Assembly: GCF_006345805.1 (NCBI RefSeq)
Contig: NC_043009.1
Span: 18,166,001 to 18,230,000 of the forward strand
From: Octopus sinensis
Taxonomy: Eukaryota
Direction of reading: 5' to 3'
Length of the DNA: 64,000 bases
Shown here in pieces: positions 27,002 to 40,235 of the stretch. The translations under genes were made by a program, and so were the position numbers. Under the pieces are notes generated by a model. The model was not told the origin of the DNA, searched no databases, and was given only the letters and a program-made list of their open reading frames with translations. The stretch's first letter is position 1, and every line of letters starts with the position of its first letter.

Positions 27002-27740
27002 CGGATCTTTTCGGTTTGAACGGCAGTTTTTAACATAATTTCCAGGTAACTAAAAAATTTTAAACTTCGTATACTGGTAGAATGTGTTTATAAAACATCT
27101 TTTCCTCTTGGCTTTATTGAGAAAATTCTATAGCTTGTAAGATATTGGTCTTTAATTCTTGCATTTCGGCAATTCAACCAATCAATGACCGTCTATTGAG
27201 GTGAAAACATTCTGTGCCGTATGAATATGTCCTCGTTTAAGAAACAGATTGGGTTTATTTACATTTGTGAAGAAAAAAGATACCCTTCCCCCACCCCTAA
27301 CCCTAACCCTAATGAACCCTAACTAACCTAAATCTAAATAGATTGAAATGCAATAGATCGATACTAGGTCAATTATGGGTGACAAGTTATATGACGCCCA
27401 TAATTAGACTAGTATCGATCTATTGCATTTCAATCTATTTTAGATTTAGGTATAGTTAGGGTTAGGGTTAGGGGTGGGGAAAGGTATCTTTTTCTCTTCA
27501 CAAATGTAAATAAACCCAATCTGTTTCTTAACGAGGGACATATTCATACGGCATTGATTGGTTGAAATTGCCGAAATGCAAGAAATTAAAGACGAAATAT
27601 GTTACAAACTACAGAATTTTCTCAAGAAAGCCAAGAGAAAATGATGTTTTATAAACACATTCTACCAGTATACGAAGTTTAAAATTTTTTAGTTACCTAG
27701 AAATTATGTTAAAAACTGCCGTTCAAACCGAAAAGATCCG
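27002..27740. mobile_element. Palindromic fold-back element with internal telomere-like (TTAGGG)n
   Basis: About 370-bp arms, near-identical in reverse complement, around a 17-nt loop (27380-27396). Termini cggatcttttcgg / ccgaaaagatccg. actttt is duplicated at 26996-27001 and 27741-27746. Confidence 0.9.
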
Positions 27741-28515
27741 ACTTTTCTCTTGGACCCGGTGAGGGTCGTTGTCTGTGCTTATATGTTTTACAAACAGAGA
27801 ATCCTCACTGAATTCAGGATGTTGGTCTACTTGTGATTCAGCAATATGGTCCATAGTAAATGAAGATTTTTTTTTCTCATTGTCTGGTAGGCGTATCCTT
27901 CAAATACTTTCTTTTTACAACAACAACATTTACCATTTTTGGAAAACTGTATTTCAAGTGTTCACATGAAGTGACAATTTTTTTCTCATTGTGAGAAATA
28001 TAGTTTGGTGACTATCTTGCCACCGAAAGTCGTTCGCTGTTTGTAAATAGAGTATTTTACAACTACGTTGGAAAACTGTATTCAAGTGGAGCAGTCCAGG
28101 TTCGAATTGGAGTACCTAAGGGCTTGGAGTACATGAATGCCCAGAAGATTTTTTTGGTGTTTTCTTCTTTTGAACTATTGTTTTCTTCTTCTATTGTGAC
28201 TTTTTATTGAACTGTTTGCTTTTTATTTCTTTCTTCTTCTCGTTTGTTTTCTTTTGAATTCTCTCTTTCCTTTTTTGTGAACTATTGCTTTGGACATGGC
28301 AAAAAAAAGATACGGATAAGATTGTAGTGTGGGAGATTGTCCCACCGAAGCAGTTGTTAAAAGATATGGAAGAGAGGACGATGGTGGTTAGAACTTATTC
28401 TAAAGTTCTTGATACCATCACCGTCTTCCCAAAACCAGCATCCCGACATCCGAAACTCGGAGTTTTCTCATGGCTACCAAATAATTATCACATATTACAT
28501 TTACAGATATATATA

Positions 28516-28551
<36 letters not shown>

Positions 28552-28554
<3 letters not shown>

Positions 28555-28920
28555 ATTATTTACATTATTTACATTTGACGGATATTTGTTCTCATCTTGT
28601 TTGTTGTTAACACGTTTCGGCTGATATACCCTCCAGCCTTCATCTTGGGGGAAATTTCGAACCTGGGTTCTCATTCCTAAGGTATTTTTCGATGTTATCA
28701 TCATCATCATCATCATCATCATTATTATTATTATTATTAACCACTACGCCGACATATGGCGTAGTGGTTAAGAGCGCGGGCTACTAACCCCAAGATTCCG
28801 AGTTCGATTCCAAGCAGTGACCTGAACAACAACAACAACGAGGACGACAACACCACCACCACCACCACTACCACCAACAACAAAAACAAAAACATCGAAA
28901 AATACCTTAGGAATGAGAAC
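28552..28920. mobile_element. Second copy of the tRNA-head/hammerhead-tail element, head-to-head inverted
   Basis: Minus-strand tail ...ccaagatgaaggctggagggtatatcagccgaaacgtgttaacaac (28552-28740). Plus-strand head ggcgtagtggttaagagcgcgggc...gagttcgattccaagcagtgacc, linker, and start of the tail. Confidence 0.8.
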
Positions 28921-28926
28921 CTGTTC

Positions 28927-29157
28927 GGGTAAACAGAAACTGTGTAAAAGATATTCGGATGACCTGTGCTTCTAATTCAGTTGTTCCAGTTGAGTAGTCG
29001 AGCTACTCATTGATTATGTGTGCAAAGTGGCTGTGTACTCCACAGACACGTGAAACGTTAATGCAATTCTCAAGCGGAATAAACATGACATAAAGATCGA
29101 CTTCTGAATGAGAAGCACAGATCAACCGAATATCTTTTACACAGTTTCTGTTTACCC
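28927..29157. repeat. 47-bp inverted repeat (2 mismatches) around a SINE fragment
   Basis: 28927-28973 versus 29111-29157. Confidence 0.9.
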
Positions 29158-29449
29158 AAAATGACTCAAGATGTCCCGCGGTGGGACAGAGACCCAATTT
29201 TACACACGTGCTCGCGCGCACGCTTCCCCCCTTCCCCCTCTCTCTAACACACAGATACACACACAAACACAATGCATTATAGACAGATTGATTGATTGAT
29301 TGATTGGTAGACATAAATAGATAGATGGGTAGATTAGATAGAAGGGTCTATATGCTTATATAGGTTAGTTTCTGTGTGGATGCATGTACGTTCATGCATA
29401 CATACATACATACATACATCATACATACATATCACATACATATGCATAT

Positions 29450-29536
<87 letters not shown>

Positions 29537-30385
29537 TACATACATAAACTGCATACATATTTGTTTGTGTAACAAGCCAGCCAGCAGTTTTGTTATGAAT
29601 GAGGTTACAGCCGTCCCATCCATTGACTCGCTATCACTGGTAACACCTGTGTAAGCGTGTGTGCGTAGGATTACATCACTATTACAGATTACACCCAGGG
29701 TGGGGCGAGTGCTGTTATAAATGTATAGAGGTGGTGTAGAGAATTTGTGAGGCGTACGTGGGAATAAAGTTAGAGAGGAGAGTGCGAGACCAGAAGACAC
29801 CAGAAATTTAAAGCAATTTGCAAAACGTCACCACCATCACCGACATTGCCTGTTGTCATTACCATCTCCACCACCAAAACGTTCACTTTATTGTCAACAC
29901 TTTTATACCGCCACCCCTATCACCCTCACCTCAGTTCCGAATGCTTGGCCACACCCTGACAGCTGTGGCTATTGTACAATTGTTTGCAGGTTACTTGGTT
30001 GTTGTAGCTTTTTTATTTCGATATTGACGGAGAAAAAAGAGTGAACAAAGCTTTTTCTATGACAATGAGATGTAAAACAAGAGAGGGGGAGAGAGAAGGA
30101 GAGAGAAGAAGAGAGAGAGAGAAGGAGAAAGAGAGAGAGAGAGAAAGAGTGAAAGAGACAGTGAAAGTAGTTTCAGTGGTTATGGTGGGAGTTTCACGGC
30201 AATCTCCACTGTGAGTCATTCGTCCTTGATCATTTGAAAATCCATTCAGCTTTTCAACCAAAACACAGCATTGACCGTCCCATAGAGAAAAGAAAAAAAT
30301 TAACAAAAGCCGAAACCTGTTCTCTTGGGGAGACAGGTTGGTATGTGTGAGTAGCAATACATTGAATGAAGCAGCAGCAGCAGCA

Positions 30386-30454
30386 CAGCACGATACACAG
30401 GGCAGACACATACAGCACGATACACAGGGCAGACACATACAGCACGATACACAG
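30386..30454 (+). repeat. 27-bp minisatellite, about 2.6 units
   Basis: Unit cagcacgatacacagggcagacacata. Confidence 0.9.
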
Positions 30455-31390
30455 CCAACAGAAATACACCACATGGACTGGAAAAAAAAAGCCGGACGTG
30501 CAACATGCTATGTTTAGCAAGTTGCTCATACTGCTTAACATAGCAACCAAATCACGTCCTACATCTTAAAAAAGTAGATATATATAATGTGGGGGTGGGG
30601 AGAGATCGTCGTGGTTGGAACGCCTTTGCTCCTAGCTTTGACAGAGCTCACCTGAAGCTGAACACTTAAATAAAGTCTTACAACAGAACAAAAAAAAAAC
30701 CTAGTTTCCTACACACAACCTCTAAATTAGGCGACAATGTATGGCACAAAAGCATACATTCTCAGCGAACGCATGTTTCGGATAGAGTAGCAAATTGTAT
30801 AATTCTCCGATGCAGTAATCATAGCTTTGAAAAGAAGGATATGATAGTGTTTAATTTTTCTGTATCTGTAGAATCTTGGTCGATCAAATATGGGATCGAT
30901 TTAAATGATTGATTACTGCATCGTGGAATTGTGGAATTTGACAGTCGATACGAAATTGTGTTGGTGAATTAAAGAAGGCAGAATTCTCTATTCTTTTGTG
31001 TTTTCCTACTCTGTGACCATATTACTAAATTTACTCAGTGTTTCAACCTGAGATTTACAAACTGGATAGACGGCGGAAAGTAATTCTACAGCCTACGTAT
31101 ATTACAATGGTTTTCACTGGGAAATTAGCTAACCCCGTTTGGACCCTACAGGGCGCTTATAAAGTACTCACCTTGATTTTCACCTCCTCTTCCCATACAC
31201 ACACACGCGCACACGCACACACACACAATCACACCACACACACACACACACACACACACACACCACACACACACACACACACACATGCATGTCTTTCATA
31301 TTTACTTTTTCTTGTTTCAATCATAGGATTGCGGCCATACTGGGGCACTATCCTGAAAAATTCTTAGTCGAATAATTGACCTCAATACAC

Positions 31391-31425
<35 letters not shown>

Positions 31426-31593
31426 GTTTCCCAGTCCATATACCAGACTGGCTTCACAACTTACCATGCAAATCAGAAATCACCGGTTAGTAAAAAAAAA
31501 AGAAGCAAAAACAAAATTTAAACACCTGGTTATTGAAACGAGGATGATAAAAATTGCCAGAAGTGGCGCACGCGTGTATACATACATACATAC

Positions 31594-31657
<64 letters not shown>

Positions 31658-31673
31658 ATATATATTCTTTTTT

Positions 31674-31720
<47 letters not shown>

Positions 31721-31737
31721 CATATGTGTATTCTGTT

Positions 31738-31946
31738 ATGTTTCAGTCGTTAGACTGCGGCCATGCTGAAGTACCGGCTTTTAGTCAAAGAAATCGACCC
31801 TAGGACTTATTCTTTGTAAGCCTGGTACTTATTCTATCGGTTTCTTTCGTCGAACCGCTAAGTTACGGGGACGTAAACATACCAACATCGGTTGTCCAGT
31901 GATGGTAGGTGGACAAACACAAATACAAAAACGCACATAAATATGT

Positions 31947-31979
<33 letters not shown>

Positions 31980-32122
31980 CGACGGGCTTTTTTCAGTTTC
32001 CGTCTTCCAAATCCACTCACAAGGCTTTGGCCGGCCTGAGACGACACTTGCCCAAGATGCCACGCAGTGGGACTGACCCGGAACCACGTGGTTGGAAAGC
32101 AAGCTTCTTACCAGACAGCCAC
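31738..32122 (-). mobile_element. SINE family B
   Basis: Head, central CA/TA tract and tail are all recognisable on minus. Confidence 0.88.
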
Positions 32123-32329
32123 AAATATATATATATTTCCATTTTGGTTTTAAATTGCATCTAGCCACCTTAATTATTTTATATATATGATGATTGCTTC
32201 ATTTTGACAGATGATAGCCGTCCCATCAACTTACACACCACACACCATTACACAGCACAACCCCTCCATTGATGAGCCCTCAGATGACTTTTAAATCAAG
32301 CGACTGACTGACAGGGTTTAAAACACAGG

Positions 32330-32745
32330 TGACAGATATTGTTCAAGTTTCTTCTACATCCTTGCCCTTTGGAATCTGATTCCGAATGAATCAGATTCTT
32401 CCCCCACCCCCTTCAGCCGTTCAACCAATCTTAACAGCACCTCTCCACTTGTTCCAATTCAGAGCATCAGTTTCCCCAATCACTTTTGTTCATATCTGTT
32501 TTTTTCAGGCTTTCCTTCACACAGTTATTATACCTTTTCCTCGACTCGCGTTGTGGTCATTTACCAGAGTTCAGCTCACCATGAAAAAGATGCTTTGGCA
32601 ATCGCTCATCTTTTATTCTAATAACATGTCCACCCCATCTCATTTGAGCCAAGATGACATGTTCAATTAAGTTACAACGTACCATGCGCAAAACTTCTGT
32701 ATCTGATACGAAACAGTCCCACTTGACTCCCAAAATACGTCTGAG
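32330..32745 (-). mobile_element. RTE-clade LINE C-terminal fragment
   Basis: [10 protein letters not shown]...EVL...QMRWGGHVIRIKDERLPKHLFHGEL..GK. Confidence 0.85.
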
Positions 32746-32762
32746 GTACATTTGTGTGTGTG

Positions 32763-32833
<71 letters not shown>

Positions 32834-32871
32834 TATATATATAGACATTTATGTATATACATACATATTAT

Positions 32872-32910
<39 letters not shown>

Positions 32911-33478
32911 CAAGGGAGCTAGGGCAAAAACGACCTGTCTCCACCATGCTTGAAGTGCCGATACCTTCAAAAGACTACAAAAGATTTATAGCATGCTGAC
33001 TACTTGATAAAAATCATTAACGTGATTTTTATCCTTATATTCTTTTATGAATTAATAAACCATTTAAAAAAAATAATTTAATTATTTTTACTCCTGACCG
33101 GAATAGCATCTACTGCTTTACTATTTTTATACTATACACGTTGGCTGTCGTGAGGAAATTTAAAATTGAATTTTTTTTTGGATATATAGGTGCAAATATT
33201 TGTATGTAGACGTGTGAAGTTTCTTTGGACAGTATGTACGGTTATTTGGACTTATATTTACCCCCCGTGTATTGTGTTGAGGAAGGAAGTTGGCTTATTT
33301 TTTGCTTTAATCCAGAAACTGGAACCAATTCACAATTAACGTGAGGATTTAAAAAAATTTCTCTCACTAGCCTGCTTTTAGCCATGTGTTTTTGCTGGAG
33401 TTTTTGGTAGTTTTTTTTTTTAGGGTATCGACACTTCAAGCATGCCGGAGATGAGTCGTTTTCACCTCAGCTCCTTTG
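32911..33478. mobile_element. TA-flanked MITE with about 60-bp imperfect TIRs
   Basis: caagggagctagggcaaaaacgacctgtctccaccatgcttgaagtgccgatacc versus the reverse complement of 33423-33478. An internal segment of about 75 bp (32985-33060) recurs at 33535-33608. Confidence 0.75.
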
Positions 33479-33611
33479 ATATAATTATATAATATGTACA
33501 TTGTTATTAATTTAATATATTAATTGCCTACAAATTTTTATAGCATACTGACTACTTGATAAAAATCATTAACGTGATTTTTATCCATATATTCATTTAT
33601 GAATTAATATA

Positions 33612-34476
33612 TAGAGGTTAGACAAAATAATGGAAACACCTTAAAATTTCAAACAAATTAATTTTAATATGGGTAGGACCGCTGTTGGCAGTAATTACAG
33701 CTTGAATTCTACATGGTATGGACTCGTACAAAGTTTGAATTGTTTCCAAAGGAATTTTTGTCCATTCTCCAGCTAAAACAGTCTCCAGTTCTTGTAGTGA
33801 TGATAGTGGAACATATCGACTCCTTACTTTTCTAAAATGCGCCATAAATGTTCAATAATATTGAGATCTTGGGACTGTGGTGGACAGATAAGATGTTCAA
33901 CTTCACTAGAATGTTCCTCGTGCCATTCAGTAACAACTTTAGCTGTGTGAATTGGTGCATTCTCATCCTGAAAGATTGCGTTTCCCTCCGGAAACAGTTC
34001 CACAACCATAGGATGAATTTGATCAGATAAAATGCTTAAATAGTCTTGACTATTAATTCTGCCATGAAGGGAAACCATTGGGCCGGCGGATTTCCAAGAT
34101 ATAACTCCCCATATCATCACAGATCCTCCTCCATATTTATCAGTTGGAAGAAGTCAGTCTGGGTCAAATGCTTCTCTTGGCCGTCTCCACATGTATACTC
34201 GGCCGGTGGTCGGAAATAAGGTAAAGGATGACTCGTCCGAGAAAATAACATTCTTGCACTGCTCTATAGACCAATTCTGTAGGCTTTTACTCCACTTTAA
34301 ACGCTTAGCAACGTTTTTGAAAGTAGTGGTTTTCTGATTGCAGCCCTCCCATGAAATCCGGCTTTGTGCAGCTCCCGGCGAACAGTTTTTTGTGGAAACT
34401 GTGTTTGCGAGGTGGTCATTAAGGTCTGCAGTTATTTTGGGAGCTGTGCTTTTGTGATCCTTTCAAACAATTCGCA
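33612..34476 (-). mobile_element. Tc1-like transposon, 3' two-thirds plus TIR, DD36E spacing
   Basis: VIFSDES...FQD(E/D)NAPIH...QS.DLNIIEHLW, with 36 residues between the second D position and the E. TIR resembles ta|caggggttggacaaaataatggaaacacc. Confidence 0.92.
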
Positions 34477-34805
34477 TATGATTATTTACCCTATGTATTT
34501 AGACTCTGTCCTTTGATTTAAGGTTTTCATCGATTTTATAAGATGATTTTATACTGAATTTTGTTAGTTGAAAGGACCAATGAATCGAAACCATTTTCAA
34601 ATGTGTATCCTTTAAACTAATTTTATGTTTGCTTATAAACTTCTTTCTGTTCCATTCTAAACAAAACTGCCCGACGAACGGGAACGTGAAACTTTGAGTA
34701 ACAGTTTTTGTGATATTTCTGCTGCTTTTCAATAAAGTACACACACACACAACGGACTTCTTTGCAGTTTCGATCTATTTCTTTCTCGTACCTCTTTCTC
34801 TCAAC

Positions 34806-34912
<107 letters not shown>

Positions 34913-35011
34913 AAGTTAATCCAAACAAGAAAGCACAAAAAAACACAACACGCGAGGACGTGGAACAAATATAGTATTATTGGACGCTCAGGAAAGAAGG
35001 AAAGAAGGAGG

Positions 35012-35046
35012 GTTTAACGTTTCGAGCGGAGCTCTTCGTCGGAAAC
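35012..35046 (-). ncRNA. Hammerhead variant in a Penelope-type tail at about 34912-35105
   Basis: GTTT-CCGACGA-A-GAGC(TCC)GCTC-GAA-ACGT-T-AAAC. Carries a U4C core change; the tail ends in (TA)n. Confidence 0.7.
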
Positions 35047-35161
35047 ATAGGAGAAGGAAAGATCCAGAGAAGGGAAGACAAAGGAAAAAAAAATCGCCAA
35101 CGGCGATATATATATATATATACTTTATTTAAAAGCAGCAGAAATATATATACTCTGGTAT

Positions 35162-35659
35162 ATAGACGCTAAATCGTCTCACTACTCCAAGAAGTCACAA
35201 ACACACGTGTTGAATTCGATGCAACAAGTTAACGGAAATCTTTACTAAAATAGATAGTTCTTTATTAGCCAAATTTCTGGGTTTGCCCAAAGGTTTTCCT
35301 GGCTTCAACAGAACATACTAATAGAAATAAAAGAAATATTTATATATACTCAGAGGAAAGCAAAACGCAAAACCACGGATACACATAAATACCCCAAACA
35401 TCTCCGAAACAAATTTCGTAACCTGACTTAACAAGATGCGTATTCGGTCGGCACAACAGGGTCGCTATGCCGTACCGAAGCGAATAAGTTTTCCAATTAC
35501 AATAATGGAGGATAATACTTTTCTTAAAAAAATTTTTATCAGTGGCCAGTATATAAAATGTTACCAATTACGGTGAAAATTATATGTATGATTAAAGGGC
35601 ATAGAAAGTTTTTCTAGCCTATATGCTGAGAAATAGACGCTAAATCGTCTCACCACTCA

Positions 35660-35716
<57 letters not shown>

Positions 35717-35765
35717 ATATATATAATACACGTGTGTTTGTGACTTCTTTGAGTGGTGAGACGAT
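35162..35765. repeat. Element with one direct and one inverted terminal motif
   Basis: atagacgctaaatcgtctcac(t/c)actc at 35162 and 35633. 35729-35765 is the reverse complement of 35173-35209, across a (TA)n array. Confidence 0.75.
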
Positions 35766-35780
35766 ATGTATATATATGAA

Positions 35781-35985
35781 GGCGGCGAGCTGGCAGAAAC
35801 GTTAGCACGCCGGACGAAATGCTTAGCGGTCTGTCTTTAAGTTTTGAGTTCAAATTCCGCCGAGGTCGACTTTGTCTTTCGTCCTTTCGGGGTCGATAAA
35901 TTAAATACCAGTTGCGTACTGGGGTCGATATAATCGATTCCCCTCCTCCAAAATTTCGGGCCTTGTGCCTAGAGTAGAAAAACGA
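35781..35985 (+). mobile_element. SINE family A
   Basis: ggcggcgagctggcagaaacgttagcacgccgg...ggggtcgatataatcga. Confidence 0.9.
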
Positions 35986-36333
35986 TATGTATGTATGTGT
36001 GTGTGCGCTCGCGCGTGTGATGAAAAAGAGAGACGAGGTGGGTGATAGAGTTCCGATCTGGAGTTTTATTATGTTTCCTCAGCTGACACTCATGAGCCTG
36101 AGTTCAATATCACAGCTTAATAATCCATTAAGTTGTGCGACAGCCGGTAATAACTTTCCCTTCGAGTATATCTAAAGGAAATCGGTCAGAGGAGATATGG
36201 AAGGCATCACTGGTTTTATTTGTGTGCTTATTTATATGTTTAGAGTTATGTCACCTTTTTGTTTGCTCCTTACTCGATAAATCTGTCTGTCAAATAGTGA
36301 AATACCTCGCCCAAACCCCTTCTTTCTCTTCAG

Positions 36334-36379
36334 TAGGTTACATCGGAAATCTCTTCATTGCCTGCAACATTTGCAAAAA
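36334..36379 (+). other. Candidate short internal exon
   Basis: Strong acceptor cccttctttctcttcag and donor AA|gtaagt. Two frames are open (GYIGNLFIACNICK or RLHRKSLHCLQHLQK). Confidence 0.25.
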
Positions 36380-36754
36380 GTAAGTTGCTGCTCCTGGTGG
36401 TGGTATTTTTGTTCTGACATTTAAACTGGGTTTTCTCTTGTCAAATGTTAACTCTTTGTATTTATAACTCTGCCCCGTTCAATTGCAAAACCTGTGAACG
36501 AGTATTGAATAAATAAATCTTCCTTCGCCTAACAAAGAGGTCGATATATCGAGACAGAGTGTGTGTGTGTGCGTGTGCGTGTGCGCACATGTTGCACGTA
36601 CAGTTAAAATGTCTTTATGACCAGCATGAAAGGGTGGAAGCTTAAGCTTTGTTAAAGTGAAAAAAAATTCAAGTAAACCTGCAAGAAAATGCCTCATTAG
36701 TGGTTGTCTATGAGACATAACGTCCCACCAGACAACAAATCAATAATGATAACA

Positions 36755-36801
<47 letters not shown>

Positions 36802-36804
<3 letters not shown>

Positions 36805-37014
36805 CCTTTCTACTATAGGCATAAGGGCTGAAATTTGGAGTGGGCTTAAGTCGATTACATTAATACCAGTGCTCAACTGGTACTTATTTTATCGACTCCG
36901 AAAAGAAAGGATGGAAGGCAAAGTCGACCTCGGTGGAATTTGAATTGAGAACGTAAAGACGGTCGAAACGTCGCTAAGTATTTTGCCTTGTGTGCTAACG
37001 ATTCTGCCAACTCA
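36802..37014 (-). mobile_element. SINE family A variant next to (AAT)n
   Basis: Family A head and core on minus. Confidence 0.85.
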
Positions 37015-37029
37015 CGGATAAGTGAATGT

Positions 37030-38526
37030 TTGAGTATAATCAATAGAGTAGACAGCATAATAGACTTAATTAGCTTTAGCATGAAGAAATGCAAAATAGA
37101 TCTCTTGTCAAGTGACACAGTCTAAGGGAAACTTAATATTCAAGGGATGCATTTTCCAAGTGGACTCGTTATCCTCTTTAATGTCTGTCATATAATTGAT
37201 CGTCCTCAGTTTAGTATAAAGGAAGGCAAAGGCAGAGTATTGGTTCAGAAATAGTGAGGGAAAAATTAACCATTCAAACTGAAAGGGTATTTACTACAGA
37301 AATGAAATGAAAATTGAGGAGTACATCAGAAGAGTGAGGAAGCCAATGAAGTCAAAGCTAATTTGGTCCGAATCTAGTGAAGGCTGTAAATACTTGGACA
37401 GTATCATTACTTAGACACTCAGCAGCTTTTGTAGATTGAACAAAAACTGAACTAGCAAAGCTAGACAGAACTAGGAAGGAATTAAATATGAATGGAGGAC
37501 TTCACCCCGGGACAGGAGTAGCAAGATTATACTTACCTAGAAAGGAAGGCGGAAGAGGGTTAATATCAGTAGAAGACTGCGTGGAGTTAGCTAAAGTCTA
37601 TATAGACTCCTATATAGGTAATAATAAAGTTTATTAAAAGCTGCTACATTCACAGCAAAACATAGGGAAACCAAAAAGCCAGGTTATCTGACTGTCAGGA
37701 AAAGGCTTTGCATGGTAGATTTCCAAAGATAGTTGCAGCAAATAGTGGTAGTGAGACATGGTTATGGTTGCAGAAAGGAAGGCTGAAAAGGGGGATAGAA
37801 AGTTGTTAGTAGCAGCACAAGATCAAGCATGAAGGACAAATTGGAAAAAAACCAAGATAAACAAAAACAAAACATGTAGATTCTCAATGTAGATTATGCA
37901 AATCAAAAGAGGAAAGTGTTACTCACATAGTAAGTGAATGTAGCAGGCTGACACAGAAAGAATACAAGAAAAGACATGACAATCTAGGAAAAGTAATCCA
38001 CTGGGAGCTTAACTTTGTAGAAAACTAGGATTTGAACATACTGATAAATGGTTTGGAGAGGAACCTAGTAAAGTACTAGAAAGTAAGAAATATAAGATGT
38101 TGAGGGAGACTTTAACACTCAAACTGACAGAGTAATAGAAGCTAGAAGGCCTGATCTAGTAGCAGTAGATAAAGAGAATAGAAAGTTCCAGATAATTGAC
38201 TTTACAGCCCAAAATAATGAAAACATTAATGTGAGAAGTATAGAAAAATAGCAAAGTACCAGGACTTAGCCATTGAATTACAGAGACTAATGGAAAGTGC
38301 GAGTAAAATGTATCCCAGTAGTTGCATTAGGGACTATCCCTACAGATTTGAACGGATGGATAGAGAAAATGGGCGTAAAACACCGTTTAGTACAGCTCCA
38401 GAAAACAGTGTTATTCGGGACAGCTAGGATACTTAGAAGGGTTCTTGGCATCTAAGGTTATTTGTTGTAACCCGATGCTAGGATGTTTTTCTCTTCCAAC
38501 AGTCTATTCTGCTGAGTGTATATGAA

Positions 38527-38527
<1 letters not shown>
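37030..38527 (+). mobile_element. R4/Dong-like RLE LINE, 5'-truncated and decayed
   Basis: Remnants of IFQ.DSLS; LHP..GVARLYLPRKEGGRGL; CRLCKSKEESVTHIVSECS...RHD; EARRPDL. The 3' UTR runs into (AAT)n. Confidence 0.88.
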
Positions 38528-38582
<55 letters not shown>

Positions 38583-38605
38583 TAATAATAGTAATAATAA
38601 TTATA

Positions 38606-38655
<50 letters not shown>

Positions 38656-38674
38656 AATAATAATAATAATAATA

Positions 38675-38709
<35 letters not shown>

Positions 38710-38732
38710 TAATAATAGTAATAATAATTATA

Positions 38733-38812
<80 letters not shown>
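38528..38812 (+). repeat. Compound (AAT)n/(GAT)n microsatellite
   Basis: Alternating aat and gat blocks; explains the poly-I/M/N/D ORFs. Confidence 0.97.
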
Positions 38813-38815
<3 letters not shown>

Positions 38816-40235
38816 CCGATTATACCTCCCAAAAATCAAAATAGACAAAAAAACTACATCAATAATAAATAGCATAAACCTGGCCGTCACGGAACTAATA
38901 ACCACAGAAAAAATGGCAATATCACTGAGCTAAATGACATAATATATGCAGCAGCCACTGCAGCCACAAAAGAAGCTGGATGCTCCCTCAAACCCATCCA
39001 AACAGGAGTACCACCACCCAAACAAACCCTAGGGGTAAATACTATCAAAAAAAAAAAAAGAGAAAAGATCTGACGATTCTTAACGAAATTAGTAGACAAT
39101 CAACGCTACTAAGCAACAAAATGAAAACAAAAATACTGTGCAAATACAACATTACAGAAACAGATTTACCTGAAGTAAAAGAAAAGCGAAAGCGAGATAT
39201 CCTTGCCAAAGCACTACTACAGACAATACATGGATTTACCAAAGAAACACATATGAAATTTGGCTTAGAAAAATGTGCCAAAGCAACACCGAAAAGAGGA
39301 AAACTAGTTAAGAGTAGCAACATCACTCTAGATAAAGCCAATGAAATAAGAGAATTAGACTAAAGCCAGATATACAAATATTTTGGAATCCATGAACTAG
39401 ATAAGACACAACACACACAAATGAAAGAGAAAATAAAGAAAGAATACTATAGACGATTTAGATCAATACTAAAAACAGAGCTCACTGTTAAAAACAAGAT
39501 AATAGGTATTAACACTTTAGTCGTGCCAGTTATAAGTTACAGCAAAAATATCTTTAACTGGACATTAAATGAACTAACCAAAATAGACAGGAAAACAAGA
39601 AAAATAATGACAGGATCTAGGATGCACCACTCAAAATCTGGCATAGAAGGTGGTAGAGGCCTTATACAGCTGGAGACTATTATAAAATAACCACCATAGG
39701 AGTGCAAACATACCTACTTCAAAATCAAGGAAAGCTAATACAAATAGCCTGAAAACACGAGCAAAACAAAAAACTGTTTTCAGTATTTAAGGAAGCTGAC
39801 AAATACAAACAAAAAATCACAATACCTAACAAATATGAAGAAGAAACAATAAAAGCTATAAAACAAATGAAATCCAAACTAAAATTAGAACAGCAACGGT
39901 CCATGATAAAACGATGGCAAGAAAAGCCCCTTCATGGCAAAAACTAGGCTAAACTAAATGCAAAAGAAATAGACAGAGAAAAATCCCAGCAATGGTTGAG
40001 AAGCTCAGGACTCAGAGCAGAGACTGAAGGATTTTTAATTGCAGCACAAAAACACCAGGACTTACAAACACATATAACATGCAGAAAATTGCACTCCTAG
40101 GCACTGCACACATTCTACGCAGAACACTTTCCATACAATAACCATCAGAGCATCACAACAAATCACAGCACATACCTAAGGCACACAGAACTGCGCTCGG
40201 TAGTGAAGTGAAAGCACGCTATAAAAATAAAACTA

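Noticed and set aside
27290-27480. Interstitial telomere or chromosome-fusion scar
   Set aside because: Only about three hexamers per side, placed symmetrically inside a TSD-bounded palindromic element.
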